The notes below the pieces were generated by a model. That model saw only the letters and a list, made by a program, of their open reading frames with translations, had not been told where the DNA came from and did no database searches. Positions 1-12,801 of a stretch of DNA of 64,000 bases are shown piece after piece. The DNA comes from an uncultured Fibrobacterota bacterium. Its GTDB lineage: Bacteria > Fibrobacterota > Chitinivibrionia > Chitinivibrionales > FEN-1185. Every line of letters starts with the position of its first letter. Position 1 is the stretch's first letter. Made by a program: the position numbers and the translations under genes. The stretch covers positions 1-64,000 of the forward strand of contig CAVWBU010000041.1 in NCBI GenBank assembly GCA_963753345.1. Direction: 5' to 3'.

Positions 1-1
1 C

Positions 2-1204
2 GCCCGCAAGAAGGCATCCGACCGTGGTCGGCAGCTGGTGGCCCACGTTGTAATTTTCCTCCAGTTTCCAAAGAAGCATTTCGGGCGCCACGCCGTATGC
101 AAAAAGAGGATAGGTCGGGAAATTGAAGCCCACCGCAACAGGGGTCCTTTCTTTCCAATTGTTGTAGGAAGGCGCACACCCGACCGCCTGGCCGCCAATG
201 TATCCGGTGTCCGGATAATCCTTGGAACCTATCAGGTCTGCTTCGGCATAAAGCTTCAGGTCGTTTTCACCCAGATACTTCCACTTGAAAAACGCCTGCG
301 GCGCAAAAGAAAGCCGCCCCATAAACTTATAGCCTTGGGAGGTATACCAGTTGTTGGTATCGCCGGCAGACGAAATATACTGGTAGTTTCTGCTGGAATT
401 GTGAAACGAGGTCGGGTCTCCGCCGAATGCCGGATATGAATTGGCCGTGTACACGTCCAGAAGGTCGGAACAATCGACCCCCGCGCCTATGGTGGCAAAA
501 TGGAGGGCTAAAATGTCGTAACTGCCGAGAACGGAAGCCGACCAGTCCATGGAGGGAAACAAGGTGGAGCTGGACAAAAGCGCATCGAGCTTGAGGCTGT
601 TGAACAGGTTGCTCTGAAGATGGATTCCAAGCAGCCGCGCAAGAGGAAAATCGAAGCCCATGTTGAAGTAAATAGGGTATGTACCGGTGCGGAACATGTA
701 TTCGCCGAGGTTGCGCACATCTGGGTTGTACTTGAACTTGAAATAGCCGATTTCCCCCATGAGCCATGGAGATTCGGCGCGGCCAAGGTGATACTGGGCA
801 TAGGCTTCATCCAGGTATATGCCGGTGCTGGGGTACTTTGTGGCCACGTGACCGGCGTCGGTAAGAATCATTGGATAGGGAAAACCCAGGTCTGCGCCAA
901 GGCTTGCCTCCAGCTTGAGATGTTCCTTGTAAAACGAAGTGAATCCGATCTCCACGTCCATATCTTCGGTCCAGGCATGGCCGAAGGCGTATTTACCGGC
1001 GCCGCCGTTGAGATTGATCGCGCCCCAGTCATCGTAATTGCCGGATTCTATTTGGCCCGCCTCCAAATGCGCATAAATATGCGGCTTGAGTGTGAGCCCA
1101 TCGGGCAACAGTACCCTCCCCGCATTCCCCGAATCATTCTGGGCTTGCGCAAACGAGAATGCCGCGAGCGCAACCGCAACAAAAAAAGGCAACCTCTTAG
1201 ACAT
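2..1204 (-). CDS. Secreted/outer-membrane beta-barrel-like hypothetical protein, 3' end runs off window start
   Basis: Hand translation, absent from the ORF track: ATG at 1204 after AAAGGA RBS; MSKRLPFFVAVALAAFSFAQAQ signal peptide; open frame to the window edge with GYFKFKYNPDVRNLGEYMFRTGTYP and aromatic-rich alternating strands. Confidence 0.75.
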   Translation of the reverse strand, partial: MSKRLPFFVAVALAAFSFAQAQNDSGNAGRVLLPDGLTLKPHIYAHLEAGQIESGNYDDWGAINLNGGAGKYAFGHAWTEDMDVEIGFTSFYKEHLKLEASLGADLGFPYPMILTDAGHVATKYPSTGIYLDEAYAQYHLGRAESPWLMGEIGYFKFKYNPDVRNLGEYMFRTGTYPIYFNMGFDFPLARLLGIHLQSNLFNSLKLDALLSSSTLFPSMDWSASVLGSYDILALHFATIGAGVDCSDLLDVYTANSYPAFGGDPTSFHNSSRNYQYISSAGDTNNWYTSQGYKFMGRLSFAPQAFFKWKYLGENDLKLYAEADLIGSKDYPDTGYIGGQAVGCAPSYNNWKERTPVAVGFNFPTYPLFAYGVAPEMLLWKLEENYNVGHQLPTTVGCLLAG

Positions 1205-1284
1205 GATGAAATCCTTTCGTTTCGCCCCCCGGTTTCCGAGGGACGGCCTCACGCGAGGCACGTTCTTGTGTATTGATGAAAATG

Positions 1285-1320
1285 AAGGAAAGCGCCGGGC
1301 GGGCGGCCCGGCGCTTCCTT
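1285..1320. terminator. Probable intrinsic terminator after the GH3 gene
   Basis: Inverted repeat AAGGAAAGCGCCGGGC-GGGCG-GCCCGGCGCTTCCTT with T-rich tails on both strands, just beyond the GH3 stop. Confidence 0.65.
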
Positions 1321-1334
1321 TTGTCAAGAGACGA

Positions 1335-3767
1335 CTACTGAGTTACCGTAAAGGTTCCGCTCACGGACGGCTGCTGGTTCACGTCGGACGACGTTCCCAC
1401 ACGCACAGTATAGGTCCCGGGGAGTATTTGCCATGCCCCGTTCCCGCTGTAGTCCGCCCCGTTCGGGTTATACACCTGCATGTCTTCGGGGTACAGGGTA
1501 AAACTGACGTTCGCGGTCGCGTTGGTGTCAAGCGTCTTTGTCGGATCGAGAGGCACTTTCTGAAACCCCCTCAGGTCTTGAACGCGTACGGGAAGGCCCG
1601 CCGCGCCGGACGGCATTGACAGATACAACTCCGCGGTCTCCTTTCCCGCAACGTGTCCGATGTTCTTGACCGTCACCTGAACGTGCACCCTGTCGCCAGC
1701 CTGGATGGTGCTGGGATAAACCTGAAGACCGGAATAATCAAACGCGGTGTAGCTCAGGCCGTGGCCGAAATGGAACAGCGGCGTCCAGTTGTTCTTGTCC
1801 ATGCGGAAATAGCCGTGAGCTGTGTCCGACGAAGGATAGTTGAGCTCCACGTTACCCCCGAGAGTGAAATTCGGGAGCTGGCTGGCGGCGTTGGGAAACG
1901 TTACCGGCAGCTTGCCGCTCGGATTGACATTTCCGAAAAGGACATCGGCTATGCAATACCCCTGTTCCTCGCCCGGATAGAACGCGAACACAATGGCACT
2001 GGCCTTGGACCAGTTGCCCGGCGTTGCCGCGCTGCCGCCCGTGTACACCACGATGGTTTTCGCGGTTTTCACAGCGAGAGCCGATGCAACATCGTTGTCG
2101 CCGCCATCTGTCGCCACTATTGCAAGGCTCGGCCTGTCGGCGCCTTCGGTCTCACCGGTCACGCCGACAAAAACCACAATGTAGTCGGCAGTGGTGATGT
2201 CGGTGACGATGGTCGAGGCATTGGCCGGTTTCTGGCCAAGGTAGACACCCAAGCCTCCGAGAAGATTGGAAATTGCATTCTTGGGGTTGACGCTGAGAGC
2301 AGGATTCACGAGGCTGCTGCCGCCGGGGCCGAGCCGGCACGTACTGGCAAAGGGCCCGGTAAGGGCGATCTTTGCACCCGATTTCGGCAGGGGCAGCACT
2401 CTGCCTGTTACGGTCGGCGTCCCTGTCGGGTATTGCGCCATCGTGTCGTTGAACCCGAGGACTAGGCCTGCCGTTCCCACCTGCCGCGCAACGTTCTGGT
2501 GGTCGGTGCCCTTGAAGGTGCTCGCGAACGCCGTTGCGTTGTATCCTGAAACAAGATCGCCGAGTCTTTCGTGCGTGTAAATAATTCTCCGCACGTGCTG
2601 GTTGATCAGGCTGTCGGCCTGCTGGGAAACGGTGCCCGGGGTGTACGTGTCCGGGTTCGGCATATCGATGTCCACGCCGAAGTTCATCGCAGGAGTGAAG
2701 TCCATGTTCGCGCCCCAATCGGTCATGGCAAGGTACTTGTAGCCCCATTGGTTGCGCAGGACGTCGGTTTCGGTATACTTGTTCTGGCACGCCCAGCCCT
2801 GATTGGGCAGCAGGTGGTTGATCTGGTTGTAGGCGCCCATGACGCCCCAGCAGCCGTCGCTGCCGGACATCACGCACGGTTTCCAGTTGTAAAGATAGAG
2901 TTCCTGCAGGGAGCGCTCGCTCATGTTCGCGCTCAGGGTCTGCCGGTTGTCTTCCTTGTTGTTGCATGCATAGTGCTTGATGGTTGCGACAACGCCTTTA
3001 GACTGCAGTCCTGCGCAGTCCTTCGAGGCCATGTTGCCAGATTCGTACGGATCTTCACCGTAGTACTCCGACGCCCTTCCGCCCTGCGGATGATACACGA
3101 GGTCGAGGGCGGGACCAAGCGAACAGTTCTTCCCGAGGGCCCGGAATTCCTCGCCCTTGGAGGCTCCCTGGATAAAAGCAAGGGCCGTGTCCCAGGTGCA
3201 GGCTTCGCCCGAGCAGCACGGATACAGCGTTGCAGCAGCGCCGCTCTGCGGCCTCACGCCATGCGGACCGTCCGACATGATGATTACGGGAATCGTGGTG
3301 CCGCCGGCGGTTGCGGTGAAGTTGTCGCAGCAGCCGCCCATCATGCCCGCCCTGTCGTTCTTGGACATGCTCTTAAGGAACCCTTCGACCTGCGTCTTTT
3401 CACCCGAGACCACCGCGGTGGCAACGAGGTGCGCTACATAGTGAACGCCGGGATTGGGCGGCGTCTGCGTCGTGAAGTAGATCGAATGTTTCTCCGCCAC
3501 AAGCGGATTGACAATGCGGATCTTGCCCGTGTCGCCCGCCGTTTCGCTCAGCGGGAGAGGGGTGCCGTCCTGGGCCGTGATGGTGAGCGTGACGAAAACC
3601 GAATCGGTGTCGCCGGCCGTGACCGTATATTCGATCTTTCCGGAACCCGTGGCGGTCCCCACGTCCTGCCAATGGACCATGGCCGGAGGGACGGTAACGG
3701 TGTTGAAGCCCGCGAGCGCGGTAAACGCCACCGCGCAGATAAATCCGATAAGCTTATTCAAATTCAT
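1335..3767 (-). CDS. Glycoside hydrolase family 3 (beta-glucosidase-like) with signal peptide, N-terminal extension and C-terminal Fn3-like domain
   Basis: SDGPHGVR, GRASEYYGEDP, KHYACN, nucleophile motif MTDWG, GNVNPSGKLPVTF, FGHGLSYT. Confidence 0.93.
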   Translation of the reverse strand: MNLNKLIGFICAVAFTALAGFNTVTVPPAMVHWQDVGTATGSGKIEYTVTAGDTDSVFVTLTITAQDGTPLPLSETAGDTGKIRIVNPLVAEKHSIYFTTQTPPNPGVHYVAHLVATAVVSGEKTQVEGFLKSMSKNDRAGMMGGCCDNFTATAGGTTIPVIIMSDGPHGVRPQSGAAATLYPCCSGEACTWDTALAFIQGASKGEEFRALGKNCSLGPALDLVYHPQGGRASEYYGEDPYESGNMASKDCAGLQSKGVVATIKHYACNNKEDNRQTLSANMSERSLQELYLYNWKPCVMSGSDGCWGVMGAYNQINHLLPNQGWACQNKYTETDVLRNQWGYKYLAMTDWGANMDFTPAMNFGVDIDMPNPDTYTPGTVSQQADSLINQHVRRIIYTHERLGDLVSGYNATAFASTFKGTDHQNVARQVGTAGLVLGFNDTMAQYPTGTPTVTGRVLPLPKSGAKIALTGPFASTCRLGPGGSSLVNPALSVNPKNAISNLLGGLGVYLGQKPANASTIVTDITTADYIVVFVGVTGETEGADRPSLAIVATDGGDNDVASALAVKTAKTIVVYTGGSAATPGNWSKASAIVFAFYPGEEQGYCIADVLFGNVNPSGKLPVTFPNAASQLPNFTLGGNVELNYPSSDTAHGYFRMDKNNWTPLFHFGHGLSYTAFDYSGLQVYPSTIQAGDRVHVQVTVKNIGHVAGKETAELYLSMPSGAAGLPVRVQDLRGFQKVPLDPTKTLDTNATANVSFTLYPEDMQVYNPNGADYSGNGAWQILPGTYTVRVGTSSDVNQQPSVSGTFTVTQ

Positions 3768-3779
3768 GGTACAGCCCCC

Positions 3780-4175
3780 TTACTTGACAATGGATATCTG
3801 GATTTTGTTTTCGAACGTGCCGTAGCGCATCGCCGCGAGATAGACCCCTGCGGCAATTCTACGCTTGGATATGTTCCACATCACCGACGTGCCGGTCGGC
3901 GAGAGGTCGATCGACTCGATCCGCGCGCCGGACAGGCTGTAAATGGAGAGTTTTGCGTTTTTGGTGCCGATGGGAAGGCTGTACTGGAACGTCACGATCC
4001 CCTTGTTGATGCCGGACTTGCACGAGAGCGTTGCACGGGACACAACAGCCTGCTTAAAAGGCCGCACCCCGGTCGGGAAATCAAACGCGTCGCTGTCTAT
4101 TGTCCACTGCGCCGCGCCCGCGAGCAACGGGGCCGCTAATGCAACGGCAGCACAAATGTAATGAAGTCTTTTCAT
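3780..4175 (-). CDS. Small secreted protein that is essentially a signal peptide plus a T9SS-like C-terminal sorting domain
   Basis: GGAGGAG RBS; signal peptide; KLSIYSLSGARI...WN...AAGVYLA...KIQISIVK pattern. Confidence 0.75.
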   Translation of the reverse strand: MKRLHYICAAVALAAPLLAGAAQWTIDSDAFDFPTGVRPFKQAVVSRATLSCKSGINKGIVTFQYSLPIGTKNAKLSIYSLSGARIESIDLSPTGTSVMWNISKRRIAAGVYLAAMRYGTFENKIQISIVK

Positions 4176-4461
4176 GAATCACTCCTCCCGATTAATATTT
4201 ATTGTAGTAATACGTTTTTCGAAAACAGAATAAACGATTAACCCCCCTCCTTTCAAAACCTTTCTGTTAAAACATACAAGTAATAAAGTTGAGAAATTGC
4301 TTTACGGAGATAATCTCCCCCACTAACCCTTATATAATTTAATAAAAAAAACGCTTAATGTCTTCATATTTATTGAACAGCATTGAAATTTCGCTGAATA
4401 ACTTCTACATATTTGTTCAAGATCCACAAAACGAATCCAAGCTTATCAGCAACAGCAGTTC

Positions 4462-5535
4462 TCACAACCTGCGCAGCCAGCCGGTCACTTCTTCGCGGTC
4501 GTGAAAAAGGTGTTTGATAAACAACTCATGGCGCATGCCGTGGCGGCCCAGTTCGGCTTCGATGATTTGCCTGCACCTGACGACCTCCTCATACCGTTTC
4601 TTCATCGGCAGCTTGAGGTTGAAGATCGTAATACGGCACCATTGGCGGGCGATCCAGTTCGCCGCGAGCTTTGCAATGCGGGACGGCTGCTCCACAACGT
4701 CGCACACCATCCAGTATGCAGGATCGTTCGGCGCAAACGTGAATGCGTCGGCCCTCACGTGGCGCACAAGACCGGATCGCAGGAGTTTTGCTTCAAGACG
4801 GCCGTTGTCCACGGCCGTCACGCGCATGCCGCGGGCCGCCAGTTGCCACGACCATCCGCCGGGACTGGCGCCGAGGTCAACGGCGGAAAGTCCGGGCCTG
4901 AACATTTTTCCTGTTTGTTCATCGGACATAAAGACCTTCCATGCCTCCTCGAGCTTGAGCGCGGAGCGGCTGGGCGCGCCCGCCGGAAACCTGAGCCGCG
5001 GAATGCCCATGCGCCAGGGCGACGAATTGTTGACGAATGATATTCCGGGAATCGCGCTGTTTGTTGACGTGAAGAAAACATGGAGCCTTGTCTGCTGCGA
5101 CCCTTGTTGCGCGCCTTCATCAGCAATAAGTCCTTTTTCCGACAGCGCTTTTTCAAATGGAACCGCAAGCTTTTTGCACAGCGGACTCAATTGCTTGGCA
5201 TCGTTGGTGTCGGCAGTTTCGAGAAAGAAATTGGAAAATGAAATTCCGGCTTGCGAAACGGCATCAACTACCGGCGAAACCCTGTTTCCGGGCTCAAGCG
5301 GGCCAATCCCATCGAACGCGGCGATCATTTGACGCGCAAAGGTGACGGACGCAAAGAGAAGGTCCCTTGCACACGCAAGCGCGGCGCGCGGGTCCGCGAA
5401 CCTGAACAGCACGTACCCGCTTCCGGGCCCGGCATGCACCGATTTCCCCGGTCCGAACCTTTTTGACAATTGAGAAAATTCAAGGCAACATTCACCCTCG
5501 AAGCCGGGCCTGCAGTAGAGGAGGATGTCGGTCAT
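4462..5535 (-). CDS. rlmM: 23S rRNA (cytidine 2498-2'-O)-methyltransferase
   Basis: LLYCRPGFEGEC N-terminus, APSRSALKLEEA, AVDLGASPGGWS, FNLKLPMKKRY, HLFHDREEVT. Confidence 0.93.
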   Translation of the reverse strand: MTDILLYCRPGFEGECCLEFSQLSKRFGPGKSVHAGPGSGYVLFRFADPRAALACARDLLFASVTFARQMIAAFDGIGPLEPGNRVSPVVDAVSQAGISFSNFFLETADTNDAKQLSPLCKKLAVPFEKALSEKGLIADEGAQQGSQQTRLHVFFTSTNSAIPGISFVNNSSPWRMGIPRLRFPAGAPSRSALKLEEAWKVFMSDEQTGKMFRPGLSAVDLGASPGGWSWQLAARGMRVTAVDNGRLEAKLLRSGLVRHVRADAFTFAPNDPAYWMVCDVVEQPSRIAKLAANWIARQWCRITIFNLKLPMKKRYEEVVRCRQIIEAELGRHGMRHELFIKHLFHDREEVTGWLRRL

Positions 5536-5552
5536 GGCGGGATGGGAAAAAA

Positions 5553-5680
5553 CGAGTTTAATGTTGGAAGTTTCATGTTGAAAGTCGGATACTACGTGTG
5601 GTGATTGTTTCCATGATCATCTTTTTTTATGTTCCGGCCTTCCGGATTTACTTTCAACTTTCAACATTCAACTTCCAACT
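5553..5680. repeat. Inverted pair of degenerate heptamer arrays (GTTGAAA / TTTCAAC type)
   Basis: gagtttaatgttggaagtttcatgttgaaagt followed by actttcaactttcaacattcaacttccaact in the ligA-rlmM spacer. Confidence 0.6.
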
Positions 5681-5691
5681 ATTTGCTAATT

Positions 5692-7707
<2,016 letters not shown>

Positions 7708-8715
7708 CTAGGCGGTCGCGGAGACGTCGGCGATGATCTGATCGGTAAAATCTTCGAACACCAGGCCGGCCGCGCCGAGCACGCCGGCATTTTCGCCGAG
7801 CTGGGCAATGGCCATGTCGCAGCGCTTCCACACTTCGGGCCAGCAGAACATGGGCACGTACCGCGACACGGTGTCGATGATCACCTGGCCCGCCATCATC
7901 ACGCCGCCGCCGAGGATGATGCGGTCGGGCGACAGCGTGTTCACGATTATGCCCACGCAGCGGGCGAGTTTTTCGCATACAAGTTCGTTGACGCGGCACG
8001 CCACGGGATCGTTCTTCTTGACATAATCGTACACAACTTTCGACGTGAGGCTCTGCGGCTTTCGCAACACTTCGTGGGCGAACGGGGTCTGGTTCTTGGC
8101 GTCGAGGTTCTGGCACACACTGATGGCCATGTCGACGATGCCCGTGGCCGAGGCATACCGTTCCACGCACCCTTTCTGGCCGCAGTTGCATTGCAGGCCG
8201 TTGGTTTCGACGCAGATGTGGCCGAGCTCACCCGCCATGCCGTGTGAGCCTTTGTAAAGCTGGCCGTTGACCACGATGCCGCCGCCGATGCCGGTGCCCA
8301 GCGCGAGACACACCATGTTCTTCACGCCTTTCCCGGCCCCGAACCGCGATTCCGCGAGCGCGGTGACGGTCACGTCGTTGCCGCCGGTGGCCGGGAGCCC
8401 GAACCGCTGCTGGATGGGCTCGTATATCTGCATGCCCTTCCAGCCCGGAAGGTTCTCCGCGCCGCCGAGGATAGTGCCGTCGCGGTCCACAAATCCGGGG
8501 GTGCCTATGCCGACGCCGATGATGTTGTCTTTTGAGCCTTCCTTGAGGATAAGCTTGTCAATGAGGGTGAGAATGTTTTCGAGGACCTTTTGTCCGCCCT
8601 TCTTAGCTTCGGTGGGGATGCGGGTGAGATGACGACCCTCCCCGTCCCTGTTCATGACAATGCCCTTGAGGTTGGTTCCGCCGAGATCGATTCCTATTGC
8701 GACCTGTTCCATCAT
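7708..8715 (-). CDS. ROK family sugar kinase (glucokinase-like)
   Basis: IGIDLGGTN, LGTGIGGG, GELGH, CNCGQKGCVE; start may be up to 8733. Confidence 0.92.
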   Translation of the reverse strand: MMEQVAIGIDLGGTNLKGIVMNRDGEGRHLTRIPTEAKKGGQKVLENILTLIDKLILKEGSKDNIIGVGIGTPGFVDRDGTILGGAENLPGWKGMQIYEPIQQRFGLPATGGNDVTVTALAESRFGAGKGVKNMVCLALGTGIGGGIVVNGQLYKGSHGMAGELGHICVETNGLQCNCGQKGCVERYASATGIVDMAISVCQNLDAKNQTPFAHEVLRKPQSLTSKVVYDYVKKNDPVACRVNELVCEKLARCVGIIVNTLSPDRIILGGGVMMAGQVIIDTVSRYVPMFCWPEVWKRCDMAIAQLGENAGVLGAAGLVFEDFTDQIIADVSATA

Positions 8716-8942
8716 TCGCCTTTCTTGAATCAACCGTGCGCTGAAGAAACGGAGCTATAAAATAAAATCTTGTAACCATTAATGAAAGCACGAAATGACG
8801 GATTTTGGTGAAACAGGGGCGGGGAAACCCGATAAGGCGGGCGATGCTCAATCAATTAAAAGGCCTTCACCCCTTCCTGCGGAAACGGGCAAAGGTCTAG
8901 ACCATACCGCGTTCAAGACGAGCAGTAACGCGGGGAATCCGC

Positions 8943-10971
8943 TCAGTACTGCCGAACGACAACCTTCTGGCGTATGCTGCGGCTCCCCTGTTCAACGACA
9001 AGAAAGACGACCTGATTTGACCATGTCCTTGCAATCCTGAGGGAAGGGACGGGGCTCGAAAAAGTCCGGTTCATCAGCGCCTGCCCGTTTACCGAATAGA
9101 GCGCGACCCGCAACGGCAGGTCGGGACGAACGCCCGACAGAAGAATCGCGTCTCCGGCTATCGTGACGCGCAACTCCATCGCGGCACGGGTTGCCGACGG
9201 CAGAACGCCGGCGTTGGGCACCAGGATGAGATTGACCGTTGTGGTATCGTTGACAATTGCTATACCTGCGGAATCGCAGGCCTGATAGCCGGTCAAGGTC
9301 ACGGCAAGGGACACCGATAGGTAGCCCACGGGAATCCCCCCGATCCGGTATGCACCGTCGGCTCCGCATGTGTCAACCAGCGCCAGCGTCGTTCCGCCGC
9401 CGGCATGCGCGGTGAGCAGCACCACCGACCCTGCCGCCGGCGAGCCCGATGCGGTTTTTACCGTGCCCATCACCAGCTTTGCGGAGCCTGTGGCCAGCCT
9501 CAGCGTCACCCTTGTGCTGTCGCTGGCATTGGCGATAACGGCCTGACCGGCGCGCGTCACCGTGTTGTATCCCGGTTTCGATACGGTGAGGTCGTACGAT
9601 CCGGCGACAATGCCGGCAAACGCCGCCCAACCGGTGGCCATGGTTATTCCATTGTAGGTCTGCGGCGTCTGCCCCGCGGCCGTTCTCTGAATTGCCGAAA
9701 CCGATGCGCCGGGGATTGCCCCGTTGGCGGTGTCCTGCACAAACACGAACAGGCTTCCCCTCGGTACGGGCACAAGGGCGATGGCGACTGCGGCAGTGTC
9801 GGGATTTTTTGTGAGATTGATCGCCTCGTTGACAGGGGACGTGTAGCTAAGATAACCGGTCCTTTCCGCCACAAGGGAATAGGTGCCGATGCCAAGACCC
9901 GTAAACGAGAAGGAGCCGTTCGCCGCGGTTGTCGTTGAGTCAAGCGCGACCCATGCGCCGCCCACCACCGCCCGCTCCCGCAAAACGACGTCGGTGCCCG
10001 CAAGCGCCGCGAGCGATGCGCTGTCGGTCACGACGCCCTTGACGATTCCGGAAGGCACAATAACGGCCGCGAGCCTGAAATTCTCGGTACGGGTCACCGC
10101 CGAATCAACCGTGAACAAATTGGGAGAACTCGGCGGAAACGTAGCCTGGGGCCGAAACGGCAAGCCTGTACCCGGTGCCTTCAGGCACATCGGTAATGGC
10201 GTAGACACCATTTGCGTTTGTAAATACCGAATCCACGGTGTCGATTGTTACGGACCCGCCAACGGATGCAGTCTGCTCCAGCAGCACCTTTGCGTTCGCA
10301 ATGGCAACCGCCGTGTCCGCGGCGGTCACTTTGCCGGTGAGCGTTCCCACGCGGGTGCCCACCGGAGTGAGCTGAATGTTCTGCGTGATGGAATCGGCGA
10401 CGCTGAGGTTCAAACCCGTGGCGGAGTTGTTGTTGAGATATCCTGTTTTTCTCGCCATGATATCGTAGCGCCCGGACGAAAGCGAATCGAATTCGTATCT
10501 TCCATCCGCACCGGACATCACGGTATCGACGGGCGTCGTGGTAACAAGGCCCGTATGCAGGAAGAGAACAAGCTGCGCCCCGGCCACCGCGTTTGCCGTG
10601 CCGGCTTCGGTCACCAGTCCGGCAATTTTTTTGGTCCCGGCGCCGACCGCATTGGGCGTCAGCTGCACATCGACGGTGTCGCTTGGCGCAAGTGCGGTGA
10701 GGATCTGGCGGTTCGTAACGAACCCGGACGCGGTCACGATGAGGATTCCGGTCGTCAGGGTATTCGGAATTGACGGCAGGGAATAGCCGCCGCCCGCCAG
10801 CGTGGTGTCCGAAAATACGTTGGTGCCGGCAAGGTTCTCGTACGACACGACCGCGCCCGCAACGGCCCGGTTGTCGGATGCGCTCGTCACGGTTCCGGAA
10901 ATCGTAATTGCGCGCGTTGAGAAGGCCGCGATGAGCACCATCAATAATGCGAGACCGGTTTTTCCGCACAT
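8943..10971 (-). CDS. Secreted protein with tandem carboxypeptidase-regulatory-like beta-sandwich repeats and T9SS-like C-terminal domain; one frameshift near 10130
   Basis: ORFs 10105..10971 (signal peptide, repeats) and 8943..10211 join as ...APGYVSA / SSPNLFTVDSAVTRTENF; the repeat pattern continues across the junction. Confidence 0.8.
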
Positions 10972-11043
10972 GCTATCTGATCCTTATTAATAGATTGAGG
11001 CAACGTTCCATTTTCAACAACCGCGCTGCCCCGGAAAAAGAAG

Positions 11044-11108
11044 GAGGCCCCGGATACTATGCCGGGGCCTCGTAACCGGCGGGAAGAACACCCGTTGTTC
11101 TTCCCGCC
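11044..11108. terminator. Two adjacent strong hairpins between the repeat-protein genes
   Basis: GAGGCCCCGG..CCGGGGCCTC (11044-11071, T-rich tail on minus strand) and GGCGGGAAGAACA..TGTTCTTCCCGCC (11078-11108). Confidence 0.6.
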
Positions 11109-11148
11109 TCAGAAACACAAACCATCAGCACTCACAGACGATCGTCGC

Positions 11149-12801
11149 TTACTGAACAACGATCTGCTTGCGATACACCGCATTCCTCTGTGAAATGCTC
11201 ACCAGGTACAAGCCGCCTGTGCGGGCAATGCTGCTCGGCAGAACCACGGAAGCCGCATGCGCTTCAATGGTCGCGCGATAGACAAGCTTGCCGCTCAGAC
11301 CGTACACCGAGACAACGCCCGCGTCATTGAAATTACGCAACTGCAGGATGTGACCCGCAGTCATGACGAATTCGGGCTTTGTGGACCTGTTGTCGGCTAC
11401 CAGCACAACGCCGGTTCCGCCGGAAACGAGGAAGAAATTCTCGGTGACAGCCACAGTCACATTAAGACCGGTAATGGTCTTGGTTCCGTGACCGGCATCG
11501 TTTGCAGTCAGCGTTGTCACGCCTGCAGGAACGTCTAAAGCATATGTGCCGTTCGCGGCAACGATGGCAGAATCAACCAAAACGCCACCCTGATAAGCGC
11601 GCACGATTGCTCCGCCAAGAGGCAGGCCACTCGCCGAGTCCGCCACTCTCCCTGTAATAGCAATGCCGGGAGTCTTGACAAGCTCGAAGTCCCTCACAAG
11701 CGCGACAGCCGCAACCACGATTCCTGCATCTGTTTTGTTAGCGTGGCCGGTGGCCGAGGCAACGAGGTTATACGTGCCGGCCTGAACGCTGTCAATGGAA
11801 TAGCTGCCGTTTGCGATCGTAATTGCCGAGTCTACCAGCGTACCGCCGCCAAGACCGCCGCCAGTGCGCAACCGCACGATTGCTCCGGCAATGGGATCTC
11901 CGCTGACCGAGTCGACGACCGTTCCGGTAATCGAGACGCCGGCAGGAAGCCCGGCAAGCGCGAAGTCACGGGTGATCGCAGCGTTGGCAACGACAACGCC
12001 GGTGACCGTTTTGGTCACATGGCCCGCCGCTGCAGCAATAAGCGCATACGTGCCGGCCTGAACGCTGTCAATGGAATAACTGCCGTTGGCAATCGTAATC
12101 GCGGAGTCGATTATGGTGCCGCCGACTGCGCCGCCTGTGCGAAGACGCACAACCGCGCCGCTGATAGGATTTCCGCTCACCGAATCTATTACATGTCCCG
12201 AAATGACAATACCTGCAGGAAGACCCGGCAGCGTAAAGTCCTGGGTCAGGTTGACCGCAGCAGCAACAATCAACACCGTTTGCGTGACATGGCCGGCCGC
12301 AGCGGCTGAAAGATTGTACCTGCCGGCCTGAACATGGGTAAGCGAATACGAACCGTTTGCAATCGTTACCGTGGAGTCGACAAGCGTGGCGCCTCCGCCG
12401 ATCGTTGTCAAACGAATAATCACTCCCGCGAGCGGGTTGCCACTTGCCGAGTCAAAAACATGGCCGGCGACGGTGATGCCAGGAGGCTCTACCGCAAGCG
12501 AAATGTTTCTCGTCGTGGTACCTGCAGCGGTAACAAAAACAACCCCGGTGTAAGCCACGAATCCGTCCTTGGTCGCCGTAATGGTCTGGGCGCCTGCCGG
12601 AACACCAGCGATCGAATAGTCGCCGGTGGCGATAGTCGTGTCGGACAGCGCGGTTCCGCCGCCGGCAGGAGTGACGGTCACGATGACGCCGGCCAGCGCC
12701 GCGGCGCCCGCCGAGTCAACGACGCCGGCAACTGTCCCGGCGTTCGCCGTGAACACGCTCAGTGCAAGAATTGACAGAATAACGCTCATCTTCTTCATCA
12801 T
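11149..12801 (-). CDS. Secreted protein with about five carboxypeptidase-regulatory-like repeats and T9SS-like C-terminal domain
   Basis: AAAGGAG RBS, signal peptide, repeated ISGxVxDSxSGxPIxGA...DSAITIANGSYSIDSVQAGTY, VSVYGLSGKLV...GLYLV...KQIVVQ. Confidence 0.85.
   Translation of the reverse strand: MMKKMSVILSILALSVFTANAGTVAGVVDSAGAAALAGVIVTVTPAGGGTALSDTTIATGDYSIAGVPAGAQTITATKDGFVAYTGVVFVTAAGTTTRNISLAVEPPGITVAGHVFDSASGNPLAGVIIRLTTIGGGATLVDSTVTIANGSYSLTHVQAGRYNLSAAAAGHVTQTVLIVAAAVNLTQDFTLPGLPAGIVISGHVIDSVSGNPISGAVVRLRTGGAVGGTIIDSAITIANGSYSIDSVQAGTYALIAAAAGHVTKTVTGVVVANAAITRDFALAGLPAGVSITGTVVDSVSGDPIAGAIVRLRTGGGLGGGTLVDSAITIANGSYSIDSVQAGTYNLVASATGHANKTDAGIVVAAVALVRDFELVKTPGIAITGRVADSASGLPLGGAIVRAYQGGVLVDSAIVAANGTYALDVPAGVTTLTANDAGHGTKTITGLNVTVAVTENFFLVSGGTGVVLVADNRSTKPEFVMTAGHILQLRNFNDAGVVSVYGLSGKLVYRATIEAHAASVVLPSSIARTGGLYLVSISQRNAVYRKQIVVQ

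Noticed and set aside
1653-4139. Long plus-strand ORFs opposite the GH3 gene, and similar antisense ORFs elsewhere (e.g. 34674..36143, 38522..39967)
   Set aside because: Shadow frames of high-GC coding sequence with no recognisable motifs.
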